The notes under the pieces are model-generated. The model saw only the letters and a list, made by a program, of their open reading frames with translations. It ran no database searches and was not told the origin of the DNA. 40,188 nucleotides of DNA from Octopus bimaculoides (lineage: Eukaryota), in NCBI RefSeq assembly GCF_001194135.2, contig NC_068993.1, forward strand, positions 31,558,024 through 31,598,211. The letters are read 5' to 3'. Of the stretch, positions 1-13,256 are shown piece by piece. The position numbers and the translations under genes are program-made. The stretch's first letter is position 1, and each line of letters starts with the position of its first letter.

Positions 1-92
1 TATATATATATATATATATATATTTATGTACGTATATACATATGCATATATATGTGTTTATATATCTATATCTATATCTATCTATCTATATA
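1..92. repeat. (TA)n / (TATATC)n microsatellite
   Basis: Direct reading: tatatata..., then tatatc x5. Confidence 0.95.
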
Positions 93-2878
93 TATAAAAT
101 TTAAAAAAGCAACAGATTTTAAAGGTTATTGCAGTACGCACGTTTCATGCTACTCCATTAATTTAAGTAATGCGAACATTATAATAAATGCAAAATGCAG
201 AGCAATCTTCAGCTGCACAAGGATGTAGAAAATTTACTGAAAATTCCATTTCAGCAGAATGGACATATTACTGATGTGACAACATTTAAAACCTAAGTAG
301 GGAAGAATACATAAAAAAAAAACATCTTGACATAGCCAAGGCTAGCAGGCTAATAATTTATTCTAGGTAGAATTCTAACTGTCTCTGATTTTATTTGTTT
401 CTTATCTAGTGATTTAAAGTTTAAGGGGGCAATCAACATTTCACTTATAAGGAAAGGGAAGGTGTAAGTATTATACATTGATATGGTTATAAAGATTCCT
501 CTGGTCATAGTGTCAACACAATTTTGGGTTGGGTTTTTTTACTACTATCATAAAGCAGGGGAAACATTAAGCATCCCGGTCAGCATTATTCAGCCTACAG
601 AAAAAGCCCTTGTTTTGGAATTGTTTGGATAAGACCATACTATATTCTGGTGCTTAAACGTAAGTACCGCATTCAATTTTGAATCTAAAATGTTTATCCA
701 TCTATATATCTATCTAACTATATATATANNNNNNNNNNNNNNNNNNNNNNNNNNNNNNNNNNNNNNNNNNNNNNNNNNNNNNNNNNNNNNNNNNNNNNNN
801 NNNNNNNNNNNNNNNNNNNNNNNNNNNNNNNNNNNNNNNNNNNNNNNNNNNNNNNNNNNNNNNNNNNNNNNNNNNNNNNNNNNNNNNNNNNNNNNNNNNN
901 NNNNNNNNNNNNNNNNNNNNNNNNNNNNNNNNNNNNNNNNNNNNNNNNNNNNNNNNNNNNNNNNNNNNNNNNNNNNNNNNNNNNNNNNNNNNNNNNNNNN
1001 NNNNNNNNNNNNNNNNNNNNNNNNNNNNNNNNNNNNNNNNNNNNNNNNNNNNNNNNNNNNNNNNNNNNNNNNNNNNNNNNNNNNNNNNNNNNNNNNNNNN
1101 NNNNNNNNNNNNNNNNNNNNNNNNNNNNNNNNNNNNNNNNNNNNNNNNNNNNNNNNNNNNNNNNNNNNNNNNNNNNNNNNNNNNNNNNNNNNNNNNNNNN
1201 NNNNNNNNNNNNNNNNNNNNNNNNNNNNNNNNNAGATAGATAGAGAGAAAGAAAGAGAGAGAGAGAGAGATAGGTATATCATGAAACTATTTGTAATTGA
1301 AACCATATGATAGTGAAAGTATTAATAGAGATGTTATTGTTTCACTTTTGAAACCTTTTACGGAAACAGTGTAAGAGAAATGAGATTGCTCGAGACTTGT
1401 ATTAGGTAAGAAATTGAAAAGTTGTTTGACCCATGACGCTGCATGGATCCTGAGTAAGCCTGGTGTAAAATTCGAATAAAATCCGTTGGGTAGTTCTCGA
1501 GTTTTAGTGATGTACACAGACAGACAGACACACATTCTCAATTATATATATGTCACCCTATCTGTATTGCTGTCTGGCTGCGACATTGTCTTCAGTGGTA
1601 TTTCATTTTCCTGACCTTGAAATTCACTCTAAAATTCTGTTTCCAATCCTTCAAAATCGTATTCTACCACATCTTACGGTAATTTGTTTCAAGAACTGGC
1701 GTGAATGTCAGATATCAATGTCTTCTATGAAGCTACTAAATTTTATTTTGGAAGCCTAAGGCTTTTATTCTTGGTGCTACTCAGAACACTTAGTCCCCGT
1801 GTAAGTTACCTATGGTTGTCTTCTACAATGGTTCCTAGAATTTCATCTTAATGACTTCATTGTTATAATTTTTTACATCCACCAATTACAACTTGAACTA
1901 ATATCAGGATTACGTAAGTAACTTTAGTTGGCAAGGCTAATCATCTTTTTACCACTATTTCAGAAATGTTGGTGACAAGCTGTTAAAAATTTATAGCGTT
2001 TTCTCCTCATAGATAGAAACTTCGAGAATATAATACAGGCATTTCAGCGCTGAAAGAATGAAAGGCAAAAAAAAACGCCGATTATACATGTTGAACCATG
2101 ATTTCTTGAAATGGTCATAATGCACTATCAAAATCGATAAGGAGTACTCACACATAAATGTTACTTCCAGCTAAATAGTTATCTGACGTGTTCGACGTGA
2201 ATGATGTTATTAAGAATAAATATATTTGGGTGCGTGCTTGGTCATGTACGCATATGTGCACTTTTTTGCACACACACGCGCACACACATACGCATATATC
2301 TATATATATATATATGATTGTCACTCCATTTTGCATATCGTTATAGAAAGTGAATTAGGTTACGTCTGGCCTCGTTTAGGTACATGTTATTGACAAGTCA
2401 CAAAGGTATCGAAACATTACTGTCTACCACTGCTGCAACCGGACCTAGTGTGAGTTATTTCGCTTCTCTATGACTCCTAGGTTTTTTGTTTTTACACCAG
2501 GCGTATTATTTCTCATGCTTATAAATCGCAGCCTACCTATGAACTTGCAAAACACATACCTTGTGTATGTACGATCGATATCGGAACCAATTTTGTGCAT
2601 GGATGATGGTACGCTGGCATACCGCTGTTCCTCTAAATGGAAACCTTATTTGCCATTGTGGTTTTGTTGCACAACTTACCATCCACTGATGAAAACACAT
2701 AGGAAAGGATTCGCAATTACTCATATAAACTGTGTACTCAAAATTTGTGTCCTCAACTTCCATTTGCCAAAAGATTTGCAAGGCACCAGCAGGCCTCAAC
2801 AGACACACACTTGACCATAAAACATGATTAACGCTTTATTTTACTGAGCACCAATATGTCGCTCACAACAGGAGAATA

Positions 2879-2918
<40 letters not shown>

Positions 2919-3403
2919 TCTACGGATAACAACAGGTAATCGAAACTGTGCCAGTGCTTTACTCATTATCTATTTATACATTTTGTATTATTTCTCCATT
3001 ATATATATATATATAGGTGAAAGAGTTGGTATGTNNNNNNNNNNNNNNNNNNNNNNNNNNNNNNNNNNNNNNNNNNNNNNNNNNNNNNNNNNNNNNNNNN
3101 NNNNNNNNNNNNNNNNNNNNNNNNNNNNNNNNNNNNNNNNNNNNNNNNNNNNNNNNNNNNNNNNNNNNNNNNNNNNNNNNNNNNNNNNNNNNNNNNNNNN
3201 NNNNNNNNNNNNNNNNNNNNNNNNNNNNNNNNNNGGGAGGTAATCAGGGATTTTTTCCGGTATAAGGGAGATAATGAAAAATGTTGGGAATGACTAGGTC
3301 TTATCAATTTTATATGATCGGTTTAGAAGTAATAGAATCTTATAATTGGTTAGTTTTTGCTTTATATTTTTTTCAATGAGATGAGTTTCCTTATTTAACA
3401 ATG

Positions 3404-4030
3404 TTAGAAATGGTTACGCTGTGGCTTATATTTTTCAGTGAAGAAGGTTTCCTTATTTAATGTAACTTGTGTTGGTGTTCCAGTGGCACATTGATAGAAT
3501 GGAAAGATTACAAATTGTGGTAGCAGTTGCTTTGCGCATTTCTCAATACGTTCACTAAAGGGTATCAATCTGTATTCTGGGGATGCAATCTGCTGTCGGT
3601 GCAGAGTGCAGCTGTGTCTGAGCGATAATCTCGTGGACCCTGTGTAGTTTTGGTGGCAGCCCGAGCATCTTATGAAATAAATCAGGTTTTCTGAAGAACA
3701 AGTCAAATTTAATTTTGAATTTTTGTTTCTCTTTGAATAGGAATTCTGATCCTTCTAGAAGGTTTGGGTATGTTGTGCAATTTGTATCTGGGTTTGTATG
3801 TGGATATGTACGGCAGTATTTTGGGGGAACGTGTATTGCTGTGTTGAACTTTTCTTAAGGTTTCTATGTCGATTTGTGCTGCACGTCTGATTCCATCCTC
3901 TTTGAGTTGAACTGGGTAGGGTCTGTCAATTGGTGTGCTTTTGAGTTCAAATCACCTATTTTATTCTCCTCGGCTCATTTCTGATGCATTTTGTTTTACC
4001 GGATCTACAACAAAATCTATCCAGATTCTT
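3404..4030 (-). mobile_element. Penelope-like element fragment (RT C-terminal region + GIY-YIG endonuclease), pseudogenised
   Basis: ORF 3404..3706(-) reads TCSSENLIYFIRCSGCHQNYTGSTRLSLR..LHRQQI..PEYRLIPFSE..FPFYQ..KETFFTEKYKP, the PLE GIY-YIG pattern. Upstream (3721-4020, manual translation) reads RPYPVQLKEDGIRRAAQIDIETLRK..ILPYISTYKPR, the typical PLE post-RT region, with stops. Confidence 0.9.
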
Positions 4031-6165
4031 CCATTTCATCTATTTCTTTCCTTCCACTGATCTACCTTAATACTTGGCATCTCCATTTCACTTCTATATA
4101 TGTATATGCAAGATGTTATGGCTATTTCCATTCCACACATGCCCATCACTTACAAGATTTCTGTCTCAAAGCTAGCAATAAATTACTAATGACCATTTTT
4201 ATACATATTTCAGAATATTTTAAAGAATTCAATCAGTTACCATTTGTACGTGTTTTAACACTGAAAAGGATAGTTATTGTCATAGTTAACTACAGTAAAT
4301 TTTGGTTTGAGTTTATAGTTAATAAATTATGTAGCATCTGCACAAATATCACTTAAAGAAATTCTGATAATTGAGCATTCATGGCGCCAAGTTTGTTTAC
4401 ACATAACTACCAATATTTTATCATCTTCCAACATATGCTACCAGGATTTTGTTTTAAGCAGCAGCTCCTCCTTGATATAATCCGCATCAACAAAATTTAT
4501 GTTGATAAAAAGGAAAACAACGACAATGTCTCAATAGATAAAAAATATAATTGTATCTCATTGAATCTAATGAGCTAAAATATTTGTTTTTCATTCAAAC
4601 ATTGTGCAGCTGCAGATTAACCACTTAATAGAAAGAAAATGGCTTGAAATCCCAGCAGGATTCGTTTTAAAATATCCAGGCAAGACATTAGTAACGATAA
4701 TGTTATTTAAAACGAAACACTTTTAACTAAAACATAATTCCATCTAAATGCATGAAACCTGAAAACACCTTCAAAAACAATACATTATGACAAAAGCAAA
4801 ACATATACATATATATGCATCAAAATAATCAAACAGTAAATTCTATTTACTAAGAATAATTCGCAGTCACAGTTCACTGAGGCAATCGACAATACGCAAC
4901 AAAATACAAACAAGATAGGAACGTAGCAGGTGTAGAAGTGGCTATATATCGCCATTGTGTTTTACAACTTACTGATATCTGACTATTAGATTTCCACCTA
5001 TCGGCAAATAGGAGAGTGAGATATATCTAGATAGCATTAATAAGTAATCAGAATGATAATACAACACCATCATAAAAGGTCCGCCCCCAGTCTCAATATA
5101 CAATACAGACATGCTATATGATATACATTCATTGAAAATGGTCGTTATTTTCATATATGTTGATAGTTCGTCGCACATTTTCAAAGTCTGTTTCTTTTAA
5201 ATTAAATCTGAAAACATAGAAAGCGCCAAACAGTAGCCATTTCTTTCTTGCAATGACTAGATTTACCACTAAACACAAAAAGCTGGCAACGAAGGTTTCA
5301 GTTCTTAAGGTGTTTAACATACTCGCATAGTTTCTCAAAACCTTTACGAACGTAACCTAAAACGTAGTATAGATTAGGCTCAATGTAACCAACACAGACA
5401 CATTTCTGGATTATTTTGTTAGCCTTATGCGGAAAAATAAAGAAACACAAGACAACACACGCACACACAAATATATTATTATACATTTATATATATATNN
5501 NNNNNNNNNNNNNNNNNNNNNNNNNNNNNNNNNNNNNNNNNNNNNNNNNNNNNNNNNNNNNNNNNNNNNNNNNNNNNNNNNNNNNNNNNNNNNNNNNNNN
5601 NNNNNNNNNNNNNNNNNNNNNNNNNNNNNNNNNNNNNNNNNNNNNNNNNNNNNNNNNNNNNNNNNNNNNNNNNNNNNNNNNNNNNNNNNNNNNNNNNNNN
5701 NNNNNNNNNNNNNNNTATATATTTATATATATATACACATATAAAGCACTAAAATGAAAGCAATTATTTTATTTAGTTAATTCCAAACTCGAGTCTCTCT
5801 ATTAATGAGCAAATAAATGAATTTTTCATCCATAGTTCGTCAGTGGGATCAATAAACAATATGTACCGTAAAAACACGTGCGAGCTACACGATTATAACA
5901 TGGTTTGAAATCATTTGCGCAGGCGCATTCACATAGCCAGCAGCAAATAATTTTTAAAAATTGCGTAATTTACTGTGTAAATCATAAGGGTACAAAATTA
6001 GAATAATTTATTACCTGTTGCTCGCACACATAATAAAAGTCATAAGACAACATATTTTTAATATGTAAGAGTGCATATAGATATATACACAAAGAGAAGA
6101 CCTACGAGTAAGTGGACCAACGAAAGAAAACAGCACTAAAGACATTTATGCACACACATACACAC

Positions 6166-6203
<38 letters not shown>

Positions 6204-6284
6204 NNNNNNNNNNNNNNNNNNNNNNNNNNNNNNNNNNNNNNNNNNNNNNNNNNNNNNNNNNNNNNNNNNNNNNNNNNNNNNNNN

Positions 6285-6358
<74 letters not shown>

Positions 6359-6363
6359 CGTGT

Positions 6364-6965
6364 GTACAGGGTATTTGTGCTCTAATTGACAGTCTGCATA
6401 AAAGGAAAATGAACATCATATCCGATCCCATAGATTACCGCTGAGAGATTAAATTTTACGCCCTGTAGCTGCTCTCAGCTTTTGCCTCCTCTCCAAGACG
6501 GCACCGGAATTTGGCGCATGCGTTCCTCACAGTATTGTAAAATCATTGAACACTACCCTGATCTTGCTCAACAGTCGGCCGTGCTGTTTCTCACTGCATT
6601 CCACGCATAGTAATCCATGAGATTACAATCAGGTTAATTAGAACCACAAAAATTGCGGCTGGCGATGTTGTAAATATTCTCCAAGAGCCACTTCTGACTC
6701 TTTTCGGGGGTATGGCCAGGAACCATATCCTGCTATCATATATATGGCCTTCCATCAGCAGGCTCTCCAAACCATGCTTTGGCAGTCTGAACTTGGTTTT
6801 TTACTTGTACGAGTGGTGGCGAGAGTTTTCGTTCCGGCCCAGCTCCAATACCCATCTTTCTTGCTTTCTTGCTAAAGCTCGGATTCCCTTGCTCGGATCT
6901 TCCACCATCTTCTCCTGCAGTTGTTGGATGTATTCTAGCGTGCTAATACAGTCAGAACGCCTTGA
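6364..6965 (-). mobile_element. Tc1/mariner DD37D (maT/mori-type) transposon remnant, internally deleted
   Basis: Manual minus-strand translation: RSDCISTLEYIQQLQEKMVEDPSKGIRALAR..HHSYK (HTH region), then GRPYI*(*)QDMVPGHTPEKSQKWLLENIYNIASRNFCGSN*PDCNLMDYYAW, then VRNACAKFRCRL..AE. There are 37 residues between the QD and MD aspartates. A possible TIR start (tacagggt..) lies at ~6364; the partner TIR was not found. Confidence 0.85.
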
Positions 6966-7249
6966 GAATAGATGGACATATCACGTGATCTGTGTGTTAC
7001 AATTGAATAGAAAATTGTATGACACATTTGCCATCTACATTTAGCAACCAATGACATCTAATCCTATAGTGATATTGTCATATACAGTCGTGCTACTCCT
7101 CTTTAATCGTTTGAATATTCGGCAACGTGACTGGTGTCACGCTTAAACTTGAAAACTATCTGAAGCAAGTTGCGCCATCTTTAAATAATGAAAGTGACGT
7201 CATCAGCACCAGTGCAAAAGGTCGATCGTACATGTCTTCAGGAGAAAGT

Positions 7250-7950
7250 AACAGATGGAAAAGAAAAACAAAACTGATAGACGAAACAAGAATTGTCCTC
7301 TCTAATAAACAAATATATTTTTTCTCTGATTCCGACATTTCGGATTAAATTAGTTTCAGAAAACACCAGTTAATCACAAATTTTGATAGTTTAGGGGATT
7401 CGCACACGAAAGTAATAAACACATGTATATGTGCATGTGTGTGTTTGTATGCGTACAAAAGTGTGTGTATGTAACAAATGTATTACTGCATTACACTTTA
7501 TATATANNNNNNNNNNNNNNNNNNNNNNNNNNNNNNNNNNNNNNNNNNNNNNNNNNNNNNNNNNNNNNNNNNNNNNNNNNNNNNNNNNNNNNNNNNNNNN
7601 NNNNNNNNNNNNNNNNNNNNNNNNNNNNNNNNNNNNNNNNNNNNNNNNNNNNNNNNNNNNNNNNNNNNNTATATATATATATATATACATATATACATAT
7701 ATATATATATATACATATATACATACATATATGTACATATATACAGACATTGTATTCTGTGTATATGGACACATACACAGATGTATGTATGTATTTGTAT
7801 TTTCGTGTGTAAATGTCTGAAAACTTGCAATAAATGTGATTAACTCGACTTTTCTAGAAGTAATTTAAGACAGACTGTCGTAATCTGAGAAAAAATATAT
7901 ACGTCTATTATTGCTTCGCCAATCTGCTTCGTTTTTCTTTTCACTCTGTG
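7250..7950. repeat. Inverted repeat pair (arms ~7250-7430 and ~7780-7950) around a microsatellite/N-gap core; fold-back or MITE-like
   Basis: atatattttttctctgattccgaca (~7314-7337) matches the reverse complement of ~7875-7900 (atatattttttctcagattacgaca). The alignment extends both ways (gaaaagaaaaac.., ttaaatta..agaaaa..agttaatcaca, cacacgaaa), about 75-80% identity by eye. Confidence 0.8.
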
Positions 7951-9250
7951 CTTGTGTATGTATATATGTGTGTATATGTTTGTTTTGTGTTCGTGTGTTT
8001 GAGTGTGTGTGCTTATTGCGGGCATTGCACAATTCAGTATACACAGATAGACATGCGCATATACACACTTGAATGCAAGTATGTACATTATATGTAGATT
8101 TACATGAAGATTCCTTGATTGTTTGCATATGAGAGGTAACATGTAAAGTGTGAAGCCGTAAAAGAGGGAGAGGGAGAGGGAGAGAGATACTGAGAAAGAG
8201 AGACAGGGAAAGAGAGGCAGAGAAAGAGAGAACAGAGAAAGAGAGACAAAGAGACAAAGAACGTCAGTTGTATGGAACTAATTACTTTGAGAAATAGGAT
8301 GGAGGCTTTGGTTAAATGTTGAACATTGCATATGATCTTACAGCTGAGATTTTATTTTAAAATATATGAAGTGTAAAATGCAAGGGAAAATAATTCGTAT
8401 GTGTTTCTTGGATACCAGGAAGTATATTACCCCAAATTTACTTTATTTCCGCAAGTTAATGATTTGAGTAACAATCGGCTGCTATTTTAAAGATATCAGT
8501 CGATCACATTGGAGTTGTTTTGTCGACACATATACAGCTCAAGTATGTGAAAAGTGCGGAAGGCAGAAACGATATGGTCAGTTCTAGTGAACTACGCCCA
8601 GTTCTCCAAGATAGTTCGGGTCTGTGTTAGAAATTAACATAAGTTGTTGTCATTGTTACTGGCGTTGCTGTTGATATTGCTGTTGGTAGTGGCGGTAGTG
8701 GTGTATGTCGTGGCATTTTTGTTGTCGTTATTTTGCTGACACCAATGTTGAAATTATTTTGCTGACACCAATGATGCTGATGGTGTTGATTATGTATTTC
8801 AACAAAGGAGAAAAGAAATTCCAACTGTGACAACCACAGAAAAAATATCCAAAGTATTCTTATTTTTGATCAATATTTTCAGTCTCTGGTGTGTGTATGT
8901 GTGTGTGTGTGTACATAAAAACATTACACCTTAAATTCCCAAGTACTGACACAAAGATGCGAACTCATTCCATTTTGCCGACATATATAAAATACTACAA
9001 ACTCATAACAACTCTGTCGCGTTACTGGCATAGAGTGCACGCCACTAAGCACACGGTTAGCCACGTACGAAGTGGCGTGCCCAGCCATAATAAATGCTAC
9101 AACCTTGCCAATACACAAAGAAAAACACTTACTGATGTTTCTTATATCTGACAAAAAGAACAAACTTAACCAGCCACCAGCCAGCCACATGAGCGATTTA
9201 ACAGGAAAATTACATATAGATATCCGTTTGTATGAAAGAATGTCACCAAT

Positions 9251-9660
9251 AGGCGCAGAAGTGGCTGTGTGGTACGTAGCTTGCTTACCAACCACATGGT
9301 TCCAGGTTCAGTCCCACTGCACGGCATCTTGGGCAAGTGTCTTCTACTATAGCCTCGGGCCGACCAAAGCCTTGTCAGTGGATTTGGCAGACAGAAACTG
9401 AAAGAGGCCCGCCGTATATATGTATATGTATATATATGTGTGTGCATATGTTTGTGAGTCTGTGTTTGTCCCCCCCAACATCGCTTGACAACCGATGCTG
9501 GTATTTTTAGGTCCCCGTAACTTAGCGGTTCGGCAAAAGTGTCCGATAGAATAAGTACTGGGCTTACAAAGAATAAGTCCTGGAGCGATTTGGTTCGACT
9601 AAAGGCGGTGCTCCAGCATGACCGCAGTTACATGACTGAAACAAGTAAGATAAGATATAA
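9251..9660 (+). mobile_element. tRNA-derived SINE (family A; octopus OR/OK-like, CORE-like segment), near full length
   Basis: A box-like TGGCTGTGTGG (9262), B box-like GGTTCAGTCCC (9305), CORE-like cttgggcaagtgtctt, an internal (TA/TG) tract, a 3' half gtaacttagcggttcggc..ggcggtgctccagcatg..tgactgaaacaagtaa and an A-rich end. Homologous copies at 18957-19975 and 27560-27941. Confidence 0.85.
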
Positions 9661-9761
9661 AAAATAAAACTAAGGCCTACGTGATTTATTACTTAACCAA
9701 ATACTTCATCAACTGCATGAAATTTCAAAACAATCTCGTTTATAAAAATATAAAATATAAT

Positions 9762-9799
<38 letters not shown>

Positions 9800-9809
<10 letters not shown>

Positions 9810-11525
9810 CTATTATTTGTTAGGCAGTTGCGGTTATGTTGGACCAACACCGTGTTGCTGGAGCATGTATGTGTGTATTTGTTTGAGTTTGAAAGTTCTT
9901 GAAAGAGTTCAAATGTTTCTAGGTTTTGTGCAAATTCGTTGGTACATAACCTAATGTACCTATGATGACAGATAGAAATGAGAATTCATAGTCAAAGTAC
10001 AAGAGTTGTAAGTTCCGCATTAATTCGCCATAAATGATCTCTTTTTCCTAGACTTTGGAATTTACATTCACATCTGCTGGGCAGCTGAACTCTATCACAG
10101 CGCATAACTTTTTCCGTCCCATAGAACAATATCAACTCTGTTATGTTTGTACCAAACTGATGTTTTTGCCAGGCTGTTCTACTAGTATTCTTTGTTTTTG
10201 AAGAGGTGAATATCTGTTGGTTCTGACAGGCCTTTGATATATACATTATAAGCAGTTTTTTCAACTATATCATGTTTCAGCTGTAGATAGTATCTCATAG
10301 ACATTTTGGGGCAACTGATGATGATGTGGGTGATATCTTCCACTCTTGTATAGCAGAACCGACATTTTTTTTTTATCACAACGTAGAGGTTTGGTGGTAT
10401 ATTTGTCCTTTTTGTTTATCAGGTATTTAGTTGGAATCTCTTGTACCGGAATAGCGAAGCCATATCCTTCTAGGTGGAATACAATGTATCTGTTATAGAT
10501 CCAGGAGAGGCTACTCTCTCACTCAATGCTGATCTTATTCGCTAGCTTACAGGTTATGTACCCATGCATTGCTTTTTGTTGGTATGATGCCTGCTTCTCA
10601 GCCAAGTTTCTGTTTGGGTAGGCCAGTCCAACCTCCTTCGAGTCCCATGAGACGGTTGTGTTCTCAGGGCAACGGCACAGTAAACTTTCCAATTATGAAG
10701 ATGTTGTTGTTCTCGCTTTTGAGTATGCTTGGAATATACAGATTTCTTTTTTTACTGTCCAGCACGTGTTGTTTGAGTGATACAATGCGACATTCAAAGT
10801 CTATTTGGACTGACCTTATACCTCTACCTCCATTATTTCATCTCACATAAATCCTGTCGTATCACTGTTAATGAGGAAGTTGCCAGTGGTGGTCAGTACT
10901 TCCTGGTTTTGATGTCCAGACTGTGTCTCATCGACTGTCCCGTCAAATATCGCAAATATTGGTACTAGCACTGGTATTGCAAAAGCATTGTGAGATATGG
11001 TCTTATTAAACGCAGATAGCACCGAGTTTCATGTTTTCAGGAGTCTGCAATAGTGTCCTTCCGTTATTCTAGTTTTAGTCACAACACCAATGTATGCAAC
11101 ATTCTCATCGATTCCGAGGTGCTTGTATCATTAGAAATAAGGGAGATAGACAAGCTGTTGCTGTACATGTTCTTGGCCTGGCCGACCTTTCCTCGGGTAA
11201 CTATCATGTATGAGCCTTTACTTTGACCAAACCCATTCCTATATGTCGAGAGAATGTTAAGAGTAGTTCTAATTGTCTCTTCACGTTGGTCATATTACGA
11301 GAATATAATTAAAGTCATCAACAAAAATTATGGGGATAACACTAACATTATTCTTTTCTGAGTATCCCAGCACGTAGCCTTGGTATTTTGTTAACAGGAG
11401 TGACAAAGAATCTACTGCTAGAACATACTGCATTACAGATAAATTATCACCCTAGAATATGCTTTAATAGTCGTCAGTAATAACTGTGTGGACCATGTTG
11501 CAGTCAGTCTTTCAATGGCATACAC
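9800..11525 (-). mobile_element. 5'-truncated RLE-type non-LTR retrotransposon (R4/Dong-like), subfamily 1, degenerate
   Basis: Manual translation: IF*GDNLSV..FVDD (RT motifs, 11300-11470); HLGIDENVAYIG..NSVLSAFNKTISHNAFAIPVLVP..LDIKTRK..TGNF.INSD..NGGRG; zinc knuckle CRFCYTRVEDITHIIISCPKMSMRYYLQLKHD (ORF 10182..10379); HNRVDIVLWD (PD-like RLE); VIIGTLGYVP. Confidence 0.85.
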
Positions 11526-11538
11526 TATAACAGCATGA

Positions 11539-11627
11539 ATGTATGTATGTATGTATGTATGTATGTATGTATGTATGTATGCATGTATGTATGTATGTAT
11601 GTATGTATTTATGTATGCATGTATGTA
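11539..11627. repeat. (ATGT)n microsatellite at the 5' truncation of the LINE
   Basis: Direct reading. Confidence 0.95.
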
Positions 11628-11895
11628 TTATTTTGATCTTGAAGCACTGAGATTTCTCTCAGTTGTAAGATTGATCTTTGCAATACAGTGAATAATGACA
11701 CTTGATTTGGTTGAATAAATTTAATACAGAACGAGATTAATGTAATTTCACTTTTGTAGTTTATATTCATTAGTTTTCTAGAGGACCCGAGGTGAAATAA
11801 ATTAACTTTTAATTCTCTTCCATTTCGTCTGCTGCCGTCACAGCCATAAGCTTAGGATAAAGGGTGCAAGGACTTACTGGAGTAATTACGTATAC

Positions 11896-11930
<35 letters not shown>

Positions 11931-12020
11931 ACATACACACGAATACATACAGACACACACATATATAGATAATAATACACAGACACACACACATGCTCTT
12001 ACATATGCATTCGTACACAT

Positions 12021-12059
<39 letters not shown>

Positions 12060-13256
12060 TATATATACATATATGTATATATATACATATATATATATGA
12101 ATGTATACCACATGAAATATCAATAATATTCTGAAAAAATTTCATATTAATTCATATTTAACTTTCTTTGCACCTGATCTCAAATGAATTTTGAGCCATA
12201 TTAATTTCTATCAAATATTTGTATAGAATATTTTTACAAGTTTCCCTATTTCAAATAAATATGTTATTGCTGATATCTTGTGTAGTCTTCTATCGAAGAG
12301 ACACACAGCTATGGAAATTGCTGTCCGCGGATATTAGAGGAATAAATATTGGAGATTAAAATTAATTAGACCAAAATATTAAGAGAAGATAGTATGATGT
12401 ATTACAGATAATTACTGAGATGATATTTCTTCGTCATACAGAAACTTGAATAAACTTCAAGAATCGCGTTTACGTAATTTGAAACTTATGTTTTCTATGA
12501 GAGGAAAATTGTTTATGAATATATGCATTATATATGTGTGCATATACCTACGTGTGTGTATGAATTTATACCTATACGTTATATAGATAGGTAGATAGGT
12601 AGCTAGCAAGCTAGCTAGCTCTATAGGTAAATAGAATTTGTACAAGTTTAAATATATGTGTGTGTGTGTGTGTATACGTGTGTGTGTATACGTGTGTGTG
12701 TGAATGTGTGCGTGCATACATGTGTGCGAGCGCGTGTCTGTTCCTTTTATGCAAAGTAATACAAATAAAGTACATTGATCGCTTGAACTGTTATATTCAA
12801 TGAAATATCAAGAAAGGTACATCTTAGGGGCGTAGAAACAACATACGAATCTAAGACCTCCTGATATATGTGTCAGCAATCATAATGCTAGCTTTATACA
12901 AAGAACAAGAACCACATAATAAGATGTATGTAAATAACCTGAGCTAGGGTTGAGTTGTAGCAACGAGAAAATATCACATAGATTCTTATAAATTTGAACA
13001 TATACTTTATCAAGACATAAAAGGGAGATTAGGAAAATAGCTTGGAGAAGAACCATATCTTTAAATTCTTATTAATATCATCAAAGAATCGGGATTTTAA
13101 AGAAGAAGCAACACCGACAAGAGAAAAATATGAGTAACTGAGTTGTGAATATAAAAATAACATCATTGGGATAACTACTGAGATCAAAGACAGATAGGAA
13201 ATAACAAATTCCTGTCCAAGGAACATAGAAAAATACAATAAGCAATATAATAAAAT

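Noticed and set aside
690-1310. Long ORFs spanning N gaps (also at 3.0, 5.4, 6.1, 7.4-7.8, 15.3, 18.7, 19.6 and 32.3-33.2 kb)
   Set aside because: They are open only because Ns and microsatellites contain no stop codons.
1560-1850. Minus-strand SS*NKLP*DVVE resembling the CR1/L2 C-terminal WN.LP..VV motif
   Set aside because: A single short motif with several stops; too weak to call.
2470-2814. Overlapping 114-aa (+) and 91-aa (-) ORFs in GC-richer DNA, with a minus-strand GTAAGT
   Set aside because: No recognisable motif in any frame and no convincing acceptor.
7127-7348. 73-aa ORF MTGVTLKLENYLKQ..
   Set aside because: No motif recognised; its 3' half is the left arm of the inverted repeat.
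8640-8790. (TTG/TGC)-rich tract with a 20-bp direct repeat (ttattttgctgacaccaatg x2)
   Set aside because: Ordinary slippage within a degenerate trinucleotide tract.
9251-9330. tRNA genes at SINE heads (also 26724 and 39301)
   Set aside because: A/B boxes are present but there is no complete cloverleaf, and the sequence continues into dispersed-repeat bodies.
12285-12335. ctatcga..gaaattgctgtcc as a decayed PLE hammerhead
   Set aside because: Both core halves need multiple corrections and the stems do not close.
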